The position numbers and the translations under genes are program-made. Of a stretch of 64,000 nt of DNA, positions 63,227-64,000 are shown piece by piece. The notes beneath the pieces were generated by a model, which made no database searches, was not told the DNA's origin, and was given only the letters and a program-made list of their open reading frames with translations. Within the stretch, counting starts at the first letter, position 1. Each line of letters starts with the position of its first letter. Location: assembly GCA_011192015.1 (NCBI GenBank), contig DUET01000025.1:18539-82538 (forward strand), read 5' to 3'. This DNA is from Anaerolineae bacterium (GTDB lineage Bacteria; Chloroflexota; Anaerolineae; Anaerolineales; E44-bin32).

Positions 63227-64000
63227 ATGGACACGATCATGCGATGGCCGTACCTACCCGCCGAATTGGGCGATCCGATGAGCAGGCGGGCGGACGAGCT
63301 CTACGATGTCGATGACGCGCCGATGGATGAGGATGGCTTGATCACGCTCTCGGTTTTCCCCCTGCGAGATGTCGTGCTTTTCCCCAACATGGTCACCCCA
63401 CTTTTCGTCACCAGCGAACAAACGTTGGAAGCCATCGATGAAGCCACCCATAACAGGGAGACCCTGATCGCCGTCGCCCAGAAGGATCCCAGCGAGAAGG
63501 AACCGAACGCGAGCGACCTCTACTCCGTCGGCACGGAAATCGCCGTCAGTCGCCTGATGCACATTCCCGACGGCTCAACGTCCGTCTTGACGCAGGGTAG
63601 GCGGCGTGCGCAGATCGTCGAATACTTCCTGGATGGAACCCGTCTGCGGGCGCGAGCACGACCCGTGGTGGAGGATGCCAAGCGCACGAATGAAACCCTG
63701 GCGCTGAGACGGGCCGTGCTGACGTTGTTCGAGCGCTGCGTGCGTTTGAATCGCAGCCTGCCGGAAGAGGCCTATGTCTACGCAGTCAACATCGACGATC
63801 CCGGTTGGCTGGCTGATCTGATCGCTTCGGCGTTGAGCTTGAGCATACCTGAGCGCCAAGTCATCCTGGAGAAATTCGATCCGGTCGAGCGTTTGCAGTA
63901 CATCAGTACCTTGCTGGGGAAGGAACTCGATGTCCTCGAACTTGAAGACCAGATCCAAACCCAGGTGCAGAGCGAAGTCGATCGCTCTCAGCGCGAGCTC
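63227..64000 (+). CDS. lon: Lon protease, N-terminal part (continues past the right edge)
   Basis: The ATG at 63227 opens a 258-codon frame that stays open to the window end. LFPLRDVVLFPNMVTPLFV and the LON N-terminal substrate-binding domain pattern. Absent from the track because it has no stop. Confidence 0.85.
   Translation, partial: MDTIMRWPYLPAELGDPMSRRADELYDVDDAPMDEDGLITLSVFPLRDVVLFPNMVTPLFVTSEQTLEAIDEATHNRETLIAVAQKDPSEKEPNASDLYSVGTEIAVSRLMHIPDGSTSVLTQGRRRAQIVEYFLDGTRLRARARPVVEDAKRTNETLALRRAVLTLFERCVRLNRSLPEEAYVYAVNIDDPGWLADLIASALSLSIPERQVILEKFDPVERLQYISTLLGKELDVLELEDQIQTQVQSEVDRSQREL

Overview
A 64-kb chromosomal window with densely packed genes and no rRNA, tRNA, transposase, integrase or CRISPR array that I can recognise. 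The gene content hints at a Chloroflexota (Anaerolineae-like) bacterium: separate secD/secF, a REC-fused TadZ, gldAFG-like genes, and acidic TPR proteins with P-x-W-L motifs. This taxonomic call is inference only. The left third is mostly housekeeping: rhodanese, Fe/Mn SOD, ferredoxin, an ABC exporter, plsY, secDF, an L,D-transpeptidase, thpR, rsfS, a sirtuin and ndk. Next come a very large TPR-acidic-repeat-TPR protein, a Zn deacetylase, a truncated paralogue of the TPR protein, the H+-pyrophosphatase, a gldAFG-like ABC set plus DUF4340, and rpoD. The centre (31.4-47.0 kb) is the outstanding feature: ten consecutive polytopic membrane proteins, each with an acidic motif just after its first hydrophobic segment. 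They look like GT-C-type (ArnT/PMT/GT39, DUF2029/GT87-like) glycosyltransferases, and no cytoplasmic glycosylation genes sit among them. Directly downstream are a DegS/DegU-like two-component pair and a compact Tad/Flp pilus locus (cpaB, REC-tadZ, cpaF, tadB, tadC). That locus includes a 48-aa Flp pilin gene that is absent from the ORF track. The right end holds comF, hpf, an orphan protein, an HNH endonuclease, phnDCE, folC and the 5' part of lon. All family assignments were made by eye from motifs; no searches were run. Many long ORFs in the track are antisense or alternative-frame shadows and were not called.
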